Assembly (NCBI GenBank): GCA_937906945.1
Contig: CALCUE010000026.1
Span: forward strand, 59,759 to 123,758
Direction of reading: 5' to 3'
DNA: 64,000 nt
Origin: an uncultured Clostridia bacterium
Lineage (GTDB): Bacteria; Bacillota; Clostridia; Oscillospirales; Ruminococcaceae
Shown in pieces: positions 37,035 through 47,545 of the stretch. The notes under the pieces were generated by a model. The model searched no databases. It was not told where the DNA came from and was given only the letters and a program-made list of their open reading frames with translations. Each line of letters starts with the position of its first letter. The first letter of the stretch is position 1. A program made the position numbers and the translations under genes.

Positions 37035-38552
37035 ATGGAACTGACACAATTTGAAAAAACCGGAGCCAACGAAGCTAAGCTCACCGTTAAAGTTACGGCG
37101 GAAGAATTCGGACGCGCTGTTGACAACGCTATCCGTGAAAAAGGTAAAACTTTGACCGTTCCGGGATTCCGTAAAGGCAAAGCCCCCAAAGCTCTTCTCG
37201 AGAAACATTACAGCAGAGCTTATTTCTATTCTGACGCTGTCAACGCGACATATCCCACCGCTTATGAAATGGCGGTTGAAAAAGCGGATATCGTTCCGGT
37301 TGACCAGGCTGATATCGCTATCGTGGATTGTTCTGAAGATGGTTATACCTTTACTGCCGTTGTCACGGTGAAACCGGAAGTTACCGTCAAAGACTATAAA
37401 GGAATTAAAGTTAACAAAACGATTGTTACCGTTACCGACAATGAGATCGAGCATGAGCTCGGCCATATGCTGGAAAGAAACGCCAGAATCCTTACCGTCG
37501 AAGACAGACCCTGCCAGAATGGCGATCAGGTCGAGATCGACTATGAAGGATTCAAAGATGGTGTTCCGTTTGAAGGTGGCAAGGGCGAAAAATATACCCT
37601 GGAGCTTGGTTCCCAGACCTTTATTCCCGGATTTGAGGATCAGGTTTGCGGCCACAGCATCGGCGAGGATTTTGACGTCAACGTGACTTTCCCGGAAGAT
37701 TATCACGCCGAGGAACTGAAAGGCGCCGCCACGGTTTTCAAATGCCATCTTTACAGCATTAAATGCAAAGAGCTTCCTGAAGCGGATGATGAATTTGCCA
37801 AAGACGTCAGCGAGTTTGACACGCTGGACGAACTGAAAGCGGACATCAGAAAACATCTGGAAGAAAGAGCTGAAGATGCTTCCAACAACGAGATCGAGGA
37901 GCAGTTGGCTGACGTCATCATCGCCAACACCACCGTTGACGTTCCGGAATGCATGTACGAAGCCAGAATCGAAGATATGGTCTCCGATTTCGAGAACAGA
38001 CTGGCCCGCTCCGGTCTTACTCTGGATGAGTATCTTAAATATACCGGCGCTGACAAAGAGGAATTCCTGAAAGGTTTCCGTCCGCAGGCTGAGCGTCAGG
38101 TCAAGATTCGTCTTGCTCTGGAAGCTGTCGCGCAGATGGAGAATATCACCGTTTCCAAAGAAGAAATGGATGAGGAATATAAGATGCTGGCTGAACGCTA
38201 TGACCTTAAAGAAGAACAGGTTCGTCAGATCGCTCCGTTTGAGTCTCTTTCGGAAGACCTTGCTGTTGAGAAAGCCATGAAATTCGTTCGTGAGAACGCA
38301 AAGATCACCGAAGTGAAACCCGGCGAAGAAGCTCCGAAGAAAAAACGCACCACTAAGAAAAAGAGCGAGGAAGCTCCCGCTGAGGAACAGACCACGGAAG
38401 AGGCTCCGAAGAAAAAACGCGCTACCAAGAAAAAGGTAGAGGAAACCGCCACCGAGGAAAAACCGGCTGAAGAACAACCCGCGGAAGAAGCTCCGAAGAA
38501 AAGAGCACCCCGCAAAAAGAAAACCGAAGAACTTGATCCTTCGATGGACTGA
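37035..38552 (+). CDS. tig: Trigger factor with an extended Lys/Glu-rich C-terminal tail
   Basis: N-terminal ribosome-binding GFRKGKAP, an FKBP-type PPIase region (FIPGFEDQVCGHSIGEDFDV) and a C-terminal chaperone arm, then about 75 extra residues with three EEAPKKKR-type repeats. Confidence 0.95.
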   Translation: MELTQFEKTGANEAKLTVKVTAEEFGRAVDNAIREKGKTLTVPGFRKGKAPKALLEKHYSRAYFYSDAVNATYPTAYEMAVEKADIVPVDQADIAIVDCSEDGYTFTAVVTVKPEVTVKDYKGIKVNKTIVTVTDNEIEHELGHMLERNARILTVEDRPCQNGDQVEIDYEGFKDGVPFEGGKGEKYTLELGSQTFIPGFEDQVCGHSIGEDFDVNVTFPEDYHAEELKGAATVFKCHLYSIKCKELPEADDEFAKDVSEFDTLDELKADIRKHLEERAEDASNNEIEEQLADVIIANTTVDVPECMYEARIEDMVSDFENRLARSGLTLDEYLKYTGADKEEFLKGFRPQAERQVKIRLALEAVAQMENITVSKEEMDEEYKMLAERYDLKEEQVRQIAPFESLSEDLAVEKAMKFVRENAKITEVKPGEEAPKKKRTTKKKSEEAPAEEQTTEEAPKKKRATKKKVEETATEEKPAEEQPAEEAPKKRAPRKKKTEELDPSMD

Positions 38553-38690
38553 TAAAACATAACGGTTTCAGGAGAAACTGCAATATCATCGCTTGTATTG
38601 GAGGATCTCCGGAATTTCTTCCGGAGGTCCTTCGTGTAATATGAGACTTTTTTTGACAAGCTTTTCACATTTTGGAAGGAGTGAATATCA

Positions 38691-39275
38691 ATGAGTCTGG
38701 TACCGATGGTCATTGAACAGACCAATCGCGGAGAACGTTCCTATGACATTTTCTCCCGCTTACTGAACGACCGGATCATTATGCTTTGTGACGAGGTCAA
38801 CGACGCGACGGCAAGCCTTGTTGTCGCCCAACTTCTGTATTTGGAAGGTCAGGATCCGGATAAGGATATCAGCCTTTATATCAATAGCCCCGGTGGCTCC
38901 ATTTCCGCCGGTATGGCGATTTACGACACAATGAAATATATTAAATGCGACGTTTCCACGATCTGTATCGGTATGGCCGCTTCCATGGGAGCGTTCCTGC
39001 TCAGTTCCGGAACCAAAGGCAAACGGATCGCCCTTCCCAACAGCGAAATTGTGATTCATCAGCCTCTCGGCGGAGCACAGGGTCAGGCCTCGGATATCAA
39101 GATCCACGCGGATCATATCATCGCGACGAGAGAAAAACTGAATCGCATCCTTTCTGAACAGACCGGCCAACCGCTGGACGTCATTTACAGGGATACGGAC
39201 CGTGATAACTTTATGTCGGCACAGGAAGCTTTGGAATATGGTCTGATCGACAAAGTAATCGACCACAGGGAATAA
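38691..39275 (+). CDS. clpP: ATP-dependent Clp protease proteolytic subunit
   Basis: [14 protein letters not shown], catalytic [15 protein letters not shown]. Confidence 0.97.
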   Translation: MSLVPMVIEQTNRGERSYDIFSRLLNDRIIMLCDEVNDATASLVVAQLLYLEGQDPDKDISLYINSPGGSISAGMAIYDTMKYIKCDVSTICIGMAASMGAFLLSSGTKGKRIALPNSEIVIHQPLGGAQGQASDIKIHADHIIATREKLNRILSEQTGQPLDVIYRDTDRDNFMSAQEALEYGLIDKVIDHRE

Positions 39276-39300
39276 TCAACAAAAGTTGGAGGCTTAACGA

Positions 39301-40614
39301 ATGGCCAATAAAGACGGACAGAAAATGCGTTGCTCCTTCTGCGGAAAAACGCAGGATATGGTCTATAAAATGATAACCGGTCCCGGGGTCTGTATTTGCG
39401 ATGAATGTGTCAATCTTTGCATGGATATTCTCTATGAAGGCGAAGAAGATGATCCGCTTGAGAAGACAAAACGCAAGAAGCAGGGAAAAGAAAAAGCTTT
39501 AATTGATCCGGCGACACTTTTGAAGCCGGCGGAATTAAAAGCGGTGTTGGACCAATATGTCATCGGTCAGGACGCGGCGAAAATGACGCTTTGTGTCGCT
39601 GTCTATAACCATTACAAACGCATTTTGAGCAAAGTGAACACCGAGGACGTCGAACTTCAGAAAAGCAACGTGCTTCTTTTGGGACCGACCGGTACCGGTA
39701 AAACGCTGTTGGCGCAGACATTGGCGAGGGTGCTTGGCGTTCCATTCGCTATTGCGGACGCAACCACTATCACCGAGGCCGGTTACGTCGGTGAAGATGC
39801 CGAAAACGTGCTTCTTCGATTGATTCAGGCCGCGGATTTCGATGTGGAAGCCGCTCAGCGGGGCATTATCTATGTGGATGAGATCGATAAAATCACCAGA
39901 AAGTCGGAAAATCCATCCATTACGAGGGACGTTGGCGGCGAAGGCGTTCAGCAGGCGCTTCTTAAAATGTTGGAAGGAACTGTTTCCAATGTTCCGCCGC
40001 AAGGCGGCAGAAAGCATCCGCAGCAGGAATTTATCCAGATTGACACAACCAATATCCTGTTTATCTGCGGTGGTTCTTTTGATGGAATCGAACCAATCAT
40101 TGAAAAACGGGTGGCCAGTTCAGCATTGGGATTCGGCGCTACCGTGCTCAGCCAGAAAGCCAAAGAAACGACGGATCTGCTCAAGCAGGTGACGCCGCAT
40201 GATCTGGTAAAATTCGGGATCATTCCGGAGATGGTTGGCCGGCTTCCGGTTATCACCGCTCTGGAAAATCTGGATAAACCGGCTTTGGTAAAAATTCTTA
40301 CCGAACCGAAAAACAGCCTGGTTAAACAGTATCAAAAGCTGTTTGATCTGGACGGAGTCAGTCTTCAGTTTACGGATGGCGCTTTGGAGGCCATCGCTCA
40401 AAAAGCCATTGACCGCAAGACCGGCGCCAGAGGTCTTCGCTCCATTATGGAAGAAACCTTATCGAAACTGATGTTTGAACTTCCTTCCGATGAGACGGCA
40501 GTCGCCGTTGTTATCGGGGAGGATTGTGTCAATGACGGTGCGGAACCGGTGGTCGAGCACAATCCTTATAAGAAAAACGTGCCGCTGGAAGTGGCCGTAA
40601 AAGCAGAAAAATAA
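39301..40614 (+). CDS. clpX: ATP-dependent Clp protease ATP-binding subunit ClpX
   Basis: C4 zinc finger CSFCGK...CDEC, Walker [25 protein letters not shown]. Confidence 0.97.
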   Translation: MANKDGQKMRCSFCGKTQDMVYKMITGPGVCICDECVNLCMDILYEGEEDDPLEKTKRKKQGKEKALIDPATLLKPAELKAVLDQYVIGQDAAKMTLCVAVYNHYKRILSKVNTEDVELQKSNVLLLGPTGTGKTLLAQTLARVLGVPFAIADATTITEAGYVGEDAENVLLRLIQAADFDVEAAQRGIIYVDEIDKITRKSENPSITRDVGGEGVQQALLKMLEGTVSNVPPQGGRKHPQQEFIQIDTTNILFICGGSFDGIEPIIEKRVASSALGFGATVLSQKAKETTDLLKQVTPHDLVKFGIIPEMVGRLPVITALENLDKPALVKILTEPKNSLVKQYQKLFDLDGVSLQFTDGALEAIAQKAIDRKTGARGLRSIMEETLSKLMFELPSDETAVAVVIGEDCVNDGAEPVVEHNPYKKNVPLEVAVKAEK

Positions 40615-40621
40615 GCGATTC

Positions 40622-40665
40622 GTAACCCCGTTGGGAATAGCCACCGGGGTTACCGTTTCCTTTTA
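40622..40665 (+). terminator. Probable intrinsic terminator or attenuator between clpX and lon
   Basis: gtaaccccg-ttgggaatagccac-cggggttac followed by a T-rich stretch (cgtttcctttt). Confidence 0.5.
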
Positions 40666-40680
40666 CCGGAGGTGGATACC

Positions 40681-43113
40681 TTGGAAGAAGAAAAAATTCT
40701 GGAACAGAAAACATTGCCAATGATCGCCATGCGTGGTCTTGTGCTTTTTCCCAATATGATCCTTCATTTCGACGTAGGCCGCAAAAAATCCATGGCGGCG
40801 CTGGAAGAAGCAATGAAGGGAGAACGGCGTGTTTTTCTGACCTCCCAGAAGAACATAGAGGAAGAAGAAATCTCGACCGATAAGCTTCATAAAGTCGGTG
40901 TGGTTGCCGAAGTCCGTCAAGTTTTAAAAACGGATGATGGAACTATGCGGATTTTGGTGGAAGGCAAGTATCGTGCCAAACTTCTGGAGATCGTCTCAGA
41001 GGAACCTTATCTGACGGCAACGGTCGAGGAATATCCTCTGAAAAACTTGAAACCGAAAAAGTCGGTGCTTTGCACGGCGCTGATGCGCACCGTCAAAGAT
41101 CTCTTTAACGAATATACATTCCTTGTGCCCAAAATGCCGAAAGAATTGATCGTCAAGGCTTTTACCATTGAGGATCCGGTCGCTTTGGGAGAGTTCTTGG
41201 CCGGGAATCTTAATATTGATACAGAAGATAAACAGACAATTCTGGAAGAATCGAACCACGTTAAACGGCTCGAGCTTCTTGCCAATGTACTCGAAAACGA
41301 GAACAACATTTTAAGTGTTGAGCACGATATTTTCGAGCGTGTCAAAGATCAGGTCGATCAGAATCAGCGGGAATATTATTTGCGCGAACAACTGAAAGCG
41401 ATCACCGATGAATTGGGCGAAGGGGAAAACGTCCAGGAGGAATCGGACGTCTATCGTAAGAAGATCGAAGACTTGCATCTGGAGGGAGAGGTTCGTGATA
41501 AGCTCCTTGAGGAGACGGATCGCCTTTTCAAAATGCCGCCGAACAGTCACGAATCCAGCGTGATCCGTACCTATTTGGACACCTGCCTGGCTCTTCCGTG
41601 GAACAAAAAAACAACGGAGAAAATTGATCTTGCCAAAGCGAAAAAACAGCTTGACAAAAATCATTATGGCCTTGAAAAAGTAAAAGATCGAATTCTGGAG
41701 CTTCTTGCTGTGCGAAAGTTGGCGCCGGATATCAAAGGACAGATCCTTTGCCTTGTAGGACCGCCCGGTGTTGGCAAAACATCCATCGCGAAAGATATCG
41801 CCTTAGCTATGGGACGAAAATATACTCGTATTTCTTTAGGCGGTATGAAAGATGAATCGGACATCCGTGGGCACAGAAAAACATACATAGGCGCTATGCC
41901 GGGACGGATCATGAACGCGGTCAAACTGGCGGGAAGCAAAAATGCGCTGATCCTTTTGGACGAAATTGACAAAATGGGCAGCGACTTTCACGGAGATCCG
42001 GCTTCCGCCATGTTGGAGGTTTTGGATCCGGAACAGAACGTGGCGTTTCGGGATCATTTTATTGAGGTCCCGTTTGACCTTTCGGACATCCTTTTCATCA
42101 CAACGGCTAATGACGCCAGTACGATTCCGGAGCCGCTGTATGACCGTATGGAAGTCATAGAGCTGACCTCTTATACCAGAGAAGAAAAATTCCATATCGC
42201 TAAAAATCATCTGATCAAAAAGGAAATGAAACGACATGGTTTGACAGCCCGGGATTTTAAGCTGACCGATGATGGGATCTATTCGCTTCTCGATTTCTAT
42301 ACCCGTGAAGCTGGTGTCCGGAATCTTGAACGCACCATTGGCACTCTTTGCCGGAAAGCGGCGAAAAAGATCGTTTCCGGGGAAGAGAAAAAAATCGTTG
42401 TAAGCGAAAACAACGTTTCGGAATTTCTTGGCGTGAAAAAATTCAAACCAGAAACCATTCAAAAGGAAGACGCCATTGGTTTGGTTAATGGACTTGCCTG
42501 GACTTCGGTCGGCGGCGATATGTTGGAAGTAGAAGTGGCGATCCTTGATGGCAGCGGAAAAATCGAGCTGACCGGTAATCTTGGCGACGTGATGAAAGAG
42601 TCGGCCAGAACGGCCATCAGTTACGTTCGTTCCTGCACGGAAAAATATGGGATCGAGCACGATTTTTATAAAACAAAAGACGTTCACATCCATGTACCAG
42701 AGGGAGCCGTTCCCAAGGACGGTCCTTCTGCCGGTGTCACGCTTTGTACGGCGATCGTTTCCGCTCTTTCCGGACTTCCGGTTCGTCGGGAGGTAGCTAT
42801 GACCGGAGAAATCACTCTTCGTGGACGGGTCCTCGCCATTGGCGGACTTCGTGAGAAAACGATGGCAGCGTATCGGGCCGGTGTAAAAACGGTAATTATA
42901 CCTGCCGATAACGTCCCGGATCTGGAAGAGATTGATCCGGTGGTGCGGGAAGCGATTACCTTCATTCCGGCATCACGTATTGAAACGGTATTGGATGCCG
43001 CCTTGATAAAGCCGACAGAACCGATCATCTCCCATGAGCTTCCCTATATTTCCACGGATATTCCCATGATCTCGTTGGATGACAAAAAGCCGATCATGGT
43101 CAATATTCAGTAA
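40681..43113 (+). CDS. lon: ATP-dependent Lon protease (LonA)
   Basis: LPMIAMRGLVLFPNM N-domain, Walker A GPPGVGKTSIAKDIA, catalytic PKDGPSAGVT. I prefer the TTG at 40681 (GGAGG 8 nt upstream); the ORF is open from the GTG at 40672. Confidence 0.96.
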   Translation: MEEEKILEQKTLPMIAMRGLVLFPNMILHFDVGRKKSMAALEEAMKGERRVFLTSQKNIEEEEISTDKLHKVGVVAEVRQVLKTDDGTMRILVEGKYRAKLLEIVSEEPYLTATVEEYPLKNLKPKKSVLCTALMRTVKDLFNEYTFLVPKMPKELIVKAFTIEDPVALGEFLAGNLNIDTEDKQTILEESNHVKRLELLANVLENENNILSVEHDIFERVKDQVDQNQREYYLREQLKAITDELGEGENVQEESDVYRKKIEDLHLEGEVRDKLLEETDRLFKMPPNSHESSVIRTYLDTCLALPWNKKTTEKIDLAKAKKQLDKNHYGLEKVKDRILELLAVRKLAPDIKGQILCLVGPPGVGKTSIAKDIALAMGRKYTRISLGGMKDESDIRGHRKTYIGAMPGRIMNAVKLAGSKNALILLDEIDKMGSDFHGDPASAMLEVLDPEQNVAFRDHFIEVPFDLSDILFITTANDASTIPEPLYDRMEVIELTSYTREEKFHIAKNHLIKKEMKRHGLTARDFKLTDDGIYSLLDFYTREAGVRNLERTIGTLCRKAAKKIVSGEEKKIVVSENNVSEFLGVKKFKPETIQKEDAIGLVNGLAWTSVGGDMLEVEVAILDGSGKIELTGNLGDVMKESARTAISYVRSCTEKYGIEHDFYKTKDVHIHVPEGAVPKDGPSAGVTLCTAIVSALSGLPVRREVAMTGEITLRGRVLAIGGLREKTMAAYRAGVKTVIIPADNVPDLEEIDPVVREAITFIPASRIETVLDAALIKPTEPIISHELPYISTDIPMISLDDKKPIMVNIQ

Positions 43114-43125
43114 GGAAGGATATTT

Positions 43126-43722
43126 ATGAATTATAATCACGCTGTTTTTGAGGCTGCCTATGGTACCTCGAAGCAACTTCCAAAAGAAGAACACATCGAA
43201 TTTGCGTTTGCCGGTCATTCCAACGTGGGAAAATCATCTTTGATGAATGCCATCTTTGGAAGAAAAGCGTTGGCACGGGTTTCCAGTCAACCGGGAAAAA
43301 CGGTCACGGTCAATTTCTATGACGTGGACGGTGTAAAGTTCGTTGACTTGCCAGGATATGGTTACGCTAAAGTTTCTCTCAACGATAAAAAACGGTGGGC
43401 TGATCTGGTGGAAGGTTATCTGATGAGTGACCGGGATATCCGTTTGGTGGTTCAACTGATAGATAGCCGCCACACACCAACAAAAGACGATATTCAGATG
43501 ATCGATTTTATGATCGACAACGAGATGCCGTTTATTATCGCGTTGACAAAATGCGATAAACTGAACCAGACCGAGCGAAAAAAAAGAGAAAAGGCTTTTC
43601 TGGAGGAAATTCCCTGCGCTGATCAGATTACTATGCTTTGGACCAGTACAGAAACCGGTGAGGGAATTGCTGAACTGAAAGAAATTCTGGAAGAGCTGTG
43701 CTCGGATGAAGACGAAGAATAA
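43126..43722 (+). CDS. engB: Ribosome biogenesis GTP-binding protein YsxC/EngB
   Basis: FAGHSNVGKSSLMNAI, DLPGYGYA, TKCDK. Confidence 0.93.
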   Translation: MNYNHAVFEAAYGTSKQLPKEEHIEFAFAGHSNVGKSSLMNAIFGRKALARVSSQPGKTVTVNFYDVDGVKFVDLPGYGYAKVSLNDKKRWADLVEGYLMSDRDIRLVVQLIDSRHTPTKDDIQMIDFMIDNEMPFIIALTKCDKLNQTERKKREKAFLEEIPCADQITMLWTSTETGEGIAELKEILEELCSDEDEE

Positions 43723-43723
43723 T

Positions 43724-43758
43724 AAAAAATCCCTCTTTTTGCAAAGAGGGATTTTTTT
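43724..43758. terminator. Bidirectional intrinsic terminator (engB / dapA)
   Basis: aaaaaatccctcttt-ttgc-aaagagggattttttt. Confidence 0.85.
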
Positions 43759-43759
43759 A

Positions 43760-44644
43760 TTACAGACGAAAAGATTTTAACACTTCGATCATTTTTCTTT
43801 CGGCTTCCGATTTCATTGTTCCCAACGGCAACCGCAGAACACCGGTGTCACGTCCCAGTTCTTTCAACGCTTTTTTTAGCGGAATAGGGTTGATATCGGA
43901 AAAAAGAGCTTCAATAAGTGGCATATACCGAAGCTGAAGATCGACGGCCTTTTCCATTTCACCGGAAAAATAGGCTTCACAGAGGTCATGCACGTCTTTC
44001 GGGACGATATTGGCTAAAACGGAAATGACACCTTTTCCACCGAAGCTCAGCGTTGGGACAATGGTGTCATCGTTGCCGGAATAGATAGCGAAGCGATCTC
44101 CATAGAGAGAACGAATTTTAGCGATTTGTGAGAGATTTCCACTGGCTTCCTTTATTGCGACAATGTTGGGAATGTCCTCCAGTCTCTCATAAAATTCCGG
44201 TCGCAGATTGACGCCGGTCCGGGCGGGAACGTTATAAAGAATCATCGGAAGCTGAGCTCTTTCGGCAATATAACGATAATGTTCCGCCAGTCCATCCTCG
44301 TTGGCTTTGTTGTAATAGGGTGTCACACAAAGAATGGCGTCGGCACCGGCGTTTCGGGCATTCAGCGCTAACCGGGCGGCGTGTCGGGTATCGTTGCTTC
44401 CGGCTCCGGCAATCAGCGGTACCCGATGATGGATCGTATCTTTGATACGGCAAATAATGTTATATTGTTCCTCGTCGGAAAGAGTGGCCGCCTCTCCGGT
44501 GGTTCCATTGACGACAATCGCGTCTATTTTTTGTTCGATCAGTTCGTTGACAAAGTCAGCGTAACGATTTAAATCTACGGAACCGTCAGACCGCATTGGG
44601 GTAATGGTGGCCGCGGCGGCACCGGTAAAAATAAGAGCATCCAT
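43760..44644 (-). CDS. dapA: 4-hydroxy-tetrahydrodipicolinate synthase
   Basis: TGAAAATITPM, VVNGTTGEAATLS, YNVPARTG, KEASG. Confidence 0.94.
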   Translation of the reverse strand: MDALIFTGAAAATITPMRSDGSVDLNRYADFVNELIEQKIDAIVVNGTTGEAATLSDEEQYNIICRIKDTIHHRVPLIAGAGSNDTRHAARLALNARNAGADAILCVTPYYNKANEDGLAEHYRYIAERAQLPMILYNVPARTGVNLRPEFYERLEDIPNIVAIKEASGNLSQIAKIRSLYGDRFAIYSGNDDTIVPTLSFGGKGVISVLANIVPKDVHDLCEAYFSGEMEKAVDLQLRYMPLIEALFSDINPIPLKKALKELGRDTGVLRLPLGTMKSEAERKMIEVLKSFRL

Positions 44645-44704
44645 AAAAAATCCCTCCTGTCATACCATCTTTTTATGATATGAACAAGAGGGATTTTTGG
44701 ATAA

Positions 44705-45784
44705 TCAATCAAAATAGCCTTTGGCGGCCAGAAGTTCAGCCATCAATACGTTTCCACCGGCGGCACCGCGAAGGGTGTTATGGGAAAGGCAAACAAATTT
44801 ATAGTCATACTGGCTGTCCTCGCGAAGGCGTCCAATGGTAATTCCCATGCCGTGCTCAAAGTCACGATCCAAACGGGCCTGCGGGCGGTCCGGTTCCTCA
44901 AAGTAATGGAGAAACTGGGAAGGAGCGGAGGGAAGAGACAACTTTTGCGGTTCGCCGCTGAAGGCAGCCCAGCGTTCTTTGATTTCCTCGATGCTCGGCT
45001 TATGCTCAAAACTGACAAAAACTGCCGCTGTATGACCATCGGAAACCGGAACACGCAGGCACTGTGTTGTAATAGCGGGAACGGTGGCCGGAATGATTTG
45101 ATCGCCCTCGATTTTTCCCCAGATTTTCATCGGTTCCTTTTCACTTTTTTCTTCCTCACCGCCAATATACGGAATCAAGTTATCGACCATTTCGGGCCAA
45201 CGCTCAAAATTCTTTCCGGCACCGGAAATGGCCTGGTACGTGCAGGCAAGAACTTTCGTGATACCGAATTCCCGGAGCGGATGCAAAGCGGGGACATAGC
45301 TTTGAATGGAACAGTTGGATTTGACGGAAATAAAGCCGCGTTTGGTGCCAAGACGCTTTTTCTGCGCCTCAATAATGGCGGCGTGTTCCGGATTTAATTC
45401 CGGGATGATCATGGGAACGTCCGGCGTGCCACGGTTGGCGCTGTTGTTGGACATGACGGGACATTCCAGTCTGGCGTAGCGCTCTTCCAACGCTTTGGTG
45501 GCTTCTTTATTGAGATTGATGGCGCAGAAAACAAAATCGACAGCGGCGGCTATTTTTTCTGCGTCAAGGTTCGCGTCATAAACAGGCATATTTAAGATCC
45601 ATTCGGGAAGGGAAGTCTTCATGGCCCAACGGCCTTCGACCGCTTCCCGGTAGGTTTTTCCGGCGCTTTTTTGCGAGGCGGCCAACATGGTAATATGAAA
45701 CCATGGGTGATTTTCCAAAATGGTAATCAGTCGCTGTCCTACCATGCCGGTAGCGCCGATAATACCCACCCGATATTCTTTCAT
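44705..45784 (-). CDS. asd: Aspartate-semialdehyde dehydrogenase
   Basis: VGIIGATGMVGQ, active-site SNCSIQ, HNTLRGAAGG. Confidence 0.93.
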   Translation of the reverse strand: MKEYRVGIIGATGMVGQRLITILENHPWFHITMLAASQKSAGKTYREAVEGRWAMKTSLPEWILNMPVYDANLDAEKIAAAVDFVFCAINLNKEATKALEERYARLECPVMSNNSANRGTPDVPMIIPELNPEHAAIIEAQKKRLGTKRGFISVKSNCSIQSYVPALHPLREFGITKVLACTYQAISGAGKNFERWPEMVDNLIPYIGGEEEKSEKEPMKIWGKIEGDQIIPATVPAITTQCLRVPVSDGHTAAVFVSFEHKPSIEEIKERWAAFSGEPQKLSLPSAPSQFLHYFEEPDRPQARLDRDFEHGMGITIGRLREDSQYDYKFVCLSHNTLRGAAGGNVLMAELLAAKGYFD

Positions 45785-45932
45785 TGATCAAAACCTCCTT
45801 CTATAAAAATAGGCTTGAAATCAAAAGCAACTTGCAATATAATATATTAGTTATAAATATAAATATGATTTTATCATTTTGGCTTTTTTCTGTCAAATAT
45901 TTTTTACTACACGAAAGCTACAGGTGAAAGAA

Positions 45933-46958
45933 TTGAAAACAAGTGACTTCTATTTTGACTTACCGGAAGAACTGATCGCGCAGCACCCGGTGGAGCAACG
46001 GGATCATTCCCGCATGATGCATCTCAATCGAGAGACCGGTGAAGTGGAACACAAACACTTTTATGAACTGCCGGATCTGTTGGAACCGGGCGATCTTTTG
46101 GTTATGAATGATTCCCGTGTCCTTCCGGCCAGACTGATAGGGGAAAGGGAAGACACTCATTCTCCCATTGAGTTCCTCCTTCTTAATCAAAAAGACCTGG
46201 ATGTTTGGGAAATTCTTGTTCGCCCCGGAAAACACGCTAAAATCGGAAAACGCTTTGTTTTCGGCGGAGGACTTTTAAAGGCGGAAGTCATCGACGTGAT
46301 CGAGGACGGAAACCGGATCGTTCGTTTTGAGCATGAGGGCAATATTTATAATATTCTGGACGAGATCGGGCAGATGCCGCTTCCGCCTTATATTACAGAA
46401 AAATTGGAAGATAAGGAGCGGTATCAGACCGTTTATTCCGATCCGGTTGGTTCCGCGGCGGCTCCTACGGCTGGATTACACTTTACCAACGAGCTTTTGG
46501 ATACCATTCGGGCCAAAGGCGTCAACACGGCTTTTGTGACTCTTCACGTCGGTCTGGGGACCTTCCGCCCGGTTAAAGTTGAAGACTTTGAACATCATAT
46601 CATGCACACGGAGCATTATATGGTTTCCAAAGAAATGGCGGACCTCATTAAAAAGACCAAGGAGTCCGGCCACAGGGTCATTGCGGTAGGAACAACGTCT
46701 TGCCGCACATTGGAGTCGGTAGCGGCAAAGTACGGGGAAGTTCGGGAAGACGACGATGATACCAGTATCTTTATTTATCCGGGATTTCATTTCAAGGTTC
46801 TGGATGGATTGATTACCAATTTTCATCTGCCGGAAAGTACCCTTATCATGTTGGTTTCCGCTTTCGCGGGGTATGAGCACGTGATGAATGCTTATGATAT
46901 CGCAATCAAGGAGCGCTATCGCTTTTTCTCTTTTGGAGATTCCATGTGCATTTTATAA
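45933..46958 (+). CDS. queA: S-adenosylmethionine:tRNA ribosyltransferase-isomerase
   Basis: A TTG start after AGGTGA gives [19 protein letters not shown], the canonical QueA N-terminus. Also [35 protein letters not shown]. The ORF is open from 45879. Confidence 0.93.
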   Translation: MKTSDFYFDLPEELIAQHPVEQRDHSRMMHLNRETGEVEHKHFYELPDLLEPGDLLVMNDSRVLPARLIGEREDTHSPIEFLLLNQKDLDVWEILVRPGKHAKIGKRFVFGGGLLKAEVIDVIEDGNRIVRFEHEGNIYNILDEIGQMPLPPYITEKLEDKERYQTVYSDPVGSAAAPTAGLHFTNELLDTIRAKGVNTAFVTLHVGLGTFRPVKVEDFEHHIMHTEHYMVSKEMADLIKKTKESGHRVIAVGTTSCRTLESVAAKYGEVREDDDDTSIFIYPGFHFKVLDGLITNFHLPESTLIMLVSAFAGYEHVMNAYDIAIKERYRFFSFGDSMCIL

Positions 46959-46969
46959 AAACAAAGCAT

Positions 46970-47004
46970 AAAAAGCCATCTGAATTTTTTCAGATGGCTT
47001 TTTA
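46970..47004. terminator. Bidirectional intrinsic terminator (queA / XRE regulator)
   Basis: aaaaagccatctgaa-tttttt-cagatggcttttt. Confidence 0.85.
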
Positions 47005-47014
47005 TGTTCTTCCA

Positions 47015-47371
47015 TTATTTTTGAAAACAGGCGATTTCCTCGGCGGTCATATGGTCTTCCAAAACGCCCAGAATGATTTTTCTATCCCGGGCGCTAGCTC
47101 TTCCGAAGGCGCTGAGTACGACGCTTTCTTCCGTGCTCAATGTGCGGATCGGGGCAGGGCATCCGGTGATCCCGAATAAATAATCCAGCGATACATCTAA
47201 TGTTTCGGCAATAGCGGCGGCGATGTCGGACTGCGGCCTCCGGTTTCCGTTGATATAACGGGAAAGGGTGGCTTCCGTCGTCTTTGTTTTTTCCGCCAGC
47301 CAACTTTGCGTGATTCCACGCTGCTTCATAATTTTTTTCACTTTTCTTCCGAAATCTTCGACAGCAGCCAT
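47015..47371 (-). CDS. XRE-family helix-turn-helix transcriptional regulator
   Basis: FGRKVKKIMKQRGITQSWLAEKTKTTEATLSRYINGNRRP (Cro/C1 HTH). GAGGAG RBS before the ATG at 47371. Confidence 0.8.
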   Translation of the reverse strand: MAAVEDFGRKVKKIMKQRGITQSWLAEKTKTTEATLSRYINGNRRPQSDIAAAIAETLDVSLDYLFGITGCPAPIRTLSTEESVVLSAFGRASARDRKIILGVLEDHMTAEEIACFQK

Positions 47372-47545
47372 AAAAACTCCTCTTTCTCCGCTTTTACAAA
47401 ATGTATTATTTAATATAAACTGATTTTGAATATTTGTCAAGAATTATTATTCAATTGGTAATGCATGTTAAAAATAATTGCTCTTGCCAAGAAGCGAAAT
47501 CTACGATATAATAACAATGTATTTTTTTATATCAGAGGTTAAGCA

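Noticed and set aside
37020-38477. 485-aa ORF antisense to tig. Similar long antisense ORFs occur at 2236-3540 (vs the dac-like gene), 34933-36066 (vs thrC), 60052-61401 (vs tyrS), 20756-21604 (vs dnaE), 24897-25745 (vs the amidase gene), 41836-42693 (vs lon), 47690-48517 (vs tgt) and 54631-55476 (vs the methyltransferase)
   Set aside because: Each one mirrors a well-supported gene on the other strand and has an F/L/R/G-rich nonsense composition with no start context. They are shadow ORFs, not overlapping genes.
45785-45932. Possible lysine (L-box) riboswitch upstream of asd-dapA
   Set aside because: The intergenic region is about 95-150 nt, A+T-rich and promoter-like (it contains TTGAAA-17-TATAAT for queA). 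That is too short and unstructured for an L-box.
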